Below are positions 62,252 to 64,000 of a DNA stretch of 64,000 nucleotides, piece after piece; within the stretch, counting starts at the first letter, position 1, and every line of letters begins with the position of its first letter. The DNA comes from Phoronis australis (taxonomy: Eukaryota; Animalia; Phoronida). A model generated the notes under the pieces. It did not search any database. It was not told where the DNA came from and saw nothing but the letters and a program-made list of their open reading frames with translations. The position numbers and the translations under genes were made by a program. The stretch covers positions 1,305,474-1,369,473 of the forward strand of contig NMRA01000017.1 in NCBI GenBank assembly GCA_002633005.1, written 5' to 3'.

Positions 62252-64000
62252 CTGCAACGACGAGAGAAATGATATTAATGTCCTTGCGGTGACAAGCGCA
62301 ACGTGAAGTATTGATAAGAAATGATTCCGGGGTTCTCCCAGAGCAAAAATTCAAACAAGGCTCCACTTTTTGCTAATCCACAGCCACAATAGTTTGGTGT
62401 ACACAAAGTTTACACTTGCACGTGCAATCTATTTCAATCATTTGCTGTGGTGCAGAAAATTAAGCTTATTGAAGAAAACCATTTCAAAAGGTGGCCCAAA
62501 AGTAAAAACACGGCTCAAGTCCATGTTTGACTACAAGCAAGGAGAACACTGGATTCATACCACACTTCGCCGTACTGAGTGCTCACATGAAATGTCACAA
62601 TCAGGCTTGGAAATTATACATGTACCAGAAATTGTACTAATCATGATTTGCAGTTCTAGAACAACCAACATGGAACAGAAAGAATACACTGTGAGATACA
62701 AAGTTCCTAGGACATTTTTGCAATGAAAAACGATATTTCGATGAAATTTTCCAAACACTACGTAAAAAGTAGGAGAAAAACTTGTGTAAGTCACGCATGA
62801 TCAAGTAAAATCCTACGACGGAAGGGGAGAGTTTCGCGAGTGAGTTCCGTGCCTTACTCGAACTAGCAAAATGGCGGCAATTAAAATGAATGGTCGGAAA
62901 GGCTGGAATGCGATACAGGTCGTTGTTATCGTGGGCCGTTCAGGTGACAGTATCGCTCGTAATTGCCGAGACTTCGCATCGTGTTTTACAACCGTAATCT
63001 TACTACCGTAATCAATATATCCAATGAGAAATATGTGTGTAGGTGGCGTGAAGCTGTACGCTCGTAATTTTACGCTCGTCATTCTACGTTCGTTATTTCA
63101 CGCTCGTAATTTTACGTTCGTAATTGTACGCTCGTATTTTAAACATGTTATGAAGTGTTCAGAAGGTAAAATCTCAAGTGGTAACCTATACAAGTATATA
63201 AATACAAAAGAAAAACATCGAAGACTGACTGATTTTTTTTACTTGCTGCCCTAGCCATCCAAGGCATTTGAAGGTGGTCCGTTTAGGTACATAGTAAGGT
63301 GCCTAAATGTATATCTAGCAGGCTGCCTGACAATGCTTTTATTTTATTTGTTAAAATTAACATGCGTTCTTAATATTTTGGCTAAATTTCATTCTCTTAC
63401 TGTTAACAGCACATGCAGATGACATATGACAGTCCAAAGAACATAGGTCCAAAACCGTTTTCGGGGGGGGGGGGGCGTAATGTACTGTAGCAGAATTTCT
63501 AAATGTTGGTGGTAAATCACTCATCCTTAACATTTGAATAACAAAAGATTTACACTACAAAAACAATACCAACTACGTATTAGTTTTATGGCTGGTAGTC
63601 TCACGTACTACTTTTTAAAATGACGTGCGTTAAATTACAATGAAAAATACGAGCGTAAGACTTCTTCAGGCCTCACGTTACACACAAATCAATTCTCATT
63701 GGACGTAACGATTTCGGTCGTAAAACACGAGCGAAGCCTCGGTCGTAATTACGCTCGCACTTACAAACGAACGATTACGGATGAGACTTTCCCCCGAAAC
63801 GGCCCACGATACGTTGTTTCCGGTTACGTATACGGCGATTTCTCGGTGTAAGTGCCACGCGAGCGTCAACAGGGGCATATTTCATGAAAAAATCACTTAC
63901 GAATATAGACAGAAATTTGGTTTTACGCTCCACACAATTTTTTCTGAAAATTCATCGAATCTCACTAGTGCAATATTCCAAAGTCGCTGAGAAATACACA

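Overview
Eukaryotic (invertebrate animal, probably a marine invertebrate such as a mollusc; this is inferred from gene and repeat content) genomic DNA, AT-rich, with spliced genes. Most ORFs in the supplied track are spurious or single exons. Left (+ strand): CCDC149, 10 coding exons reconstructed by hand from 3137 to 17901, first exon not located. Middle (- strand): two tandem paralogous secreted CE4 polysaccharide/chitin deacetylase genes (21758..26655 and 29390..41093). All five NodB catalytic motifs are intact, and they carry one and two copies respectively of an N-terminal six-cysteine module that looks more like fungal CBM19 than the peritrophin-A/LDLa domains of arthropod chitin deacetylases. 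Right (- strand): a 2.35 kb terminal exon of a low-complexity, probably nuclear protein with SUMO-type motifs and an LRIF1-like C-terminal coiled coil. Introns and intergenic DNA are packed with mobile elements: Helentron-type non-autonomous elements (HINE/DINE-1-like) with ~150-bp internal tandem arrays in which nearly every unit carries a CTCF-consensus-like motif, Kolobok-like TTAA elements (one inserted in inverted orientation into its own family member, giving a ~3.3 kb quasi-palindrome), an Academ-like element, L1/Tx1, Hero-like and CR1/L2-like LINE remnants, a Tc1/mariner remnant, a Penelope fragment in inverted arms, a solo LTR, and a foldback element with hairpin ends. No rRNA, functional tRNA or CRISPR.
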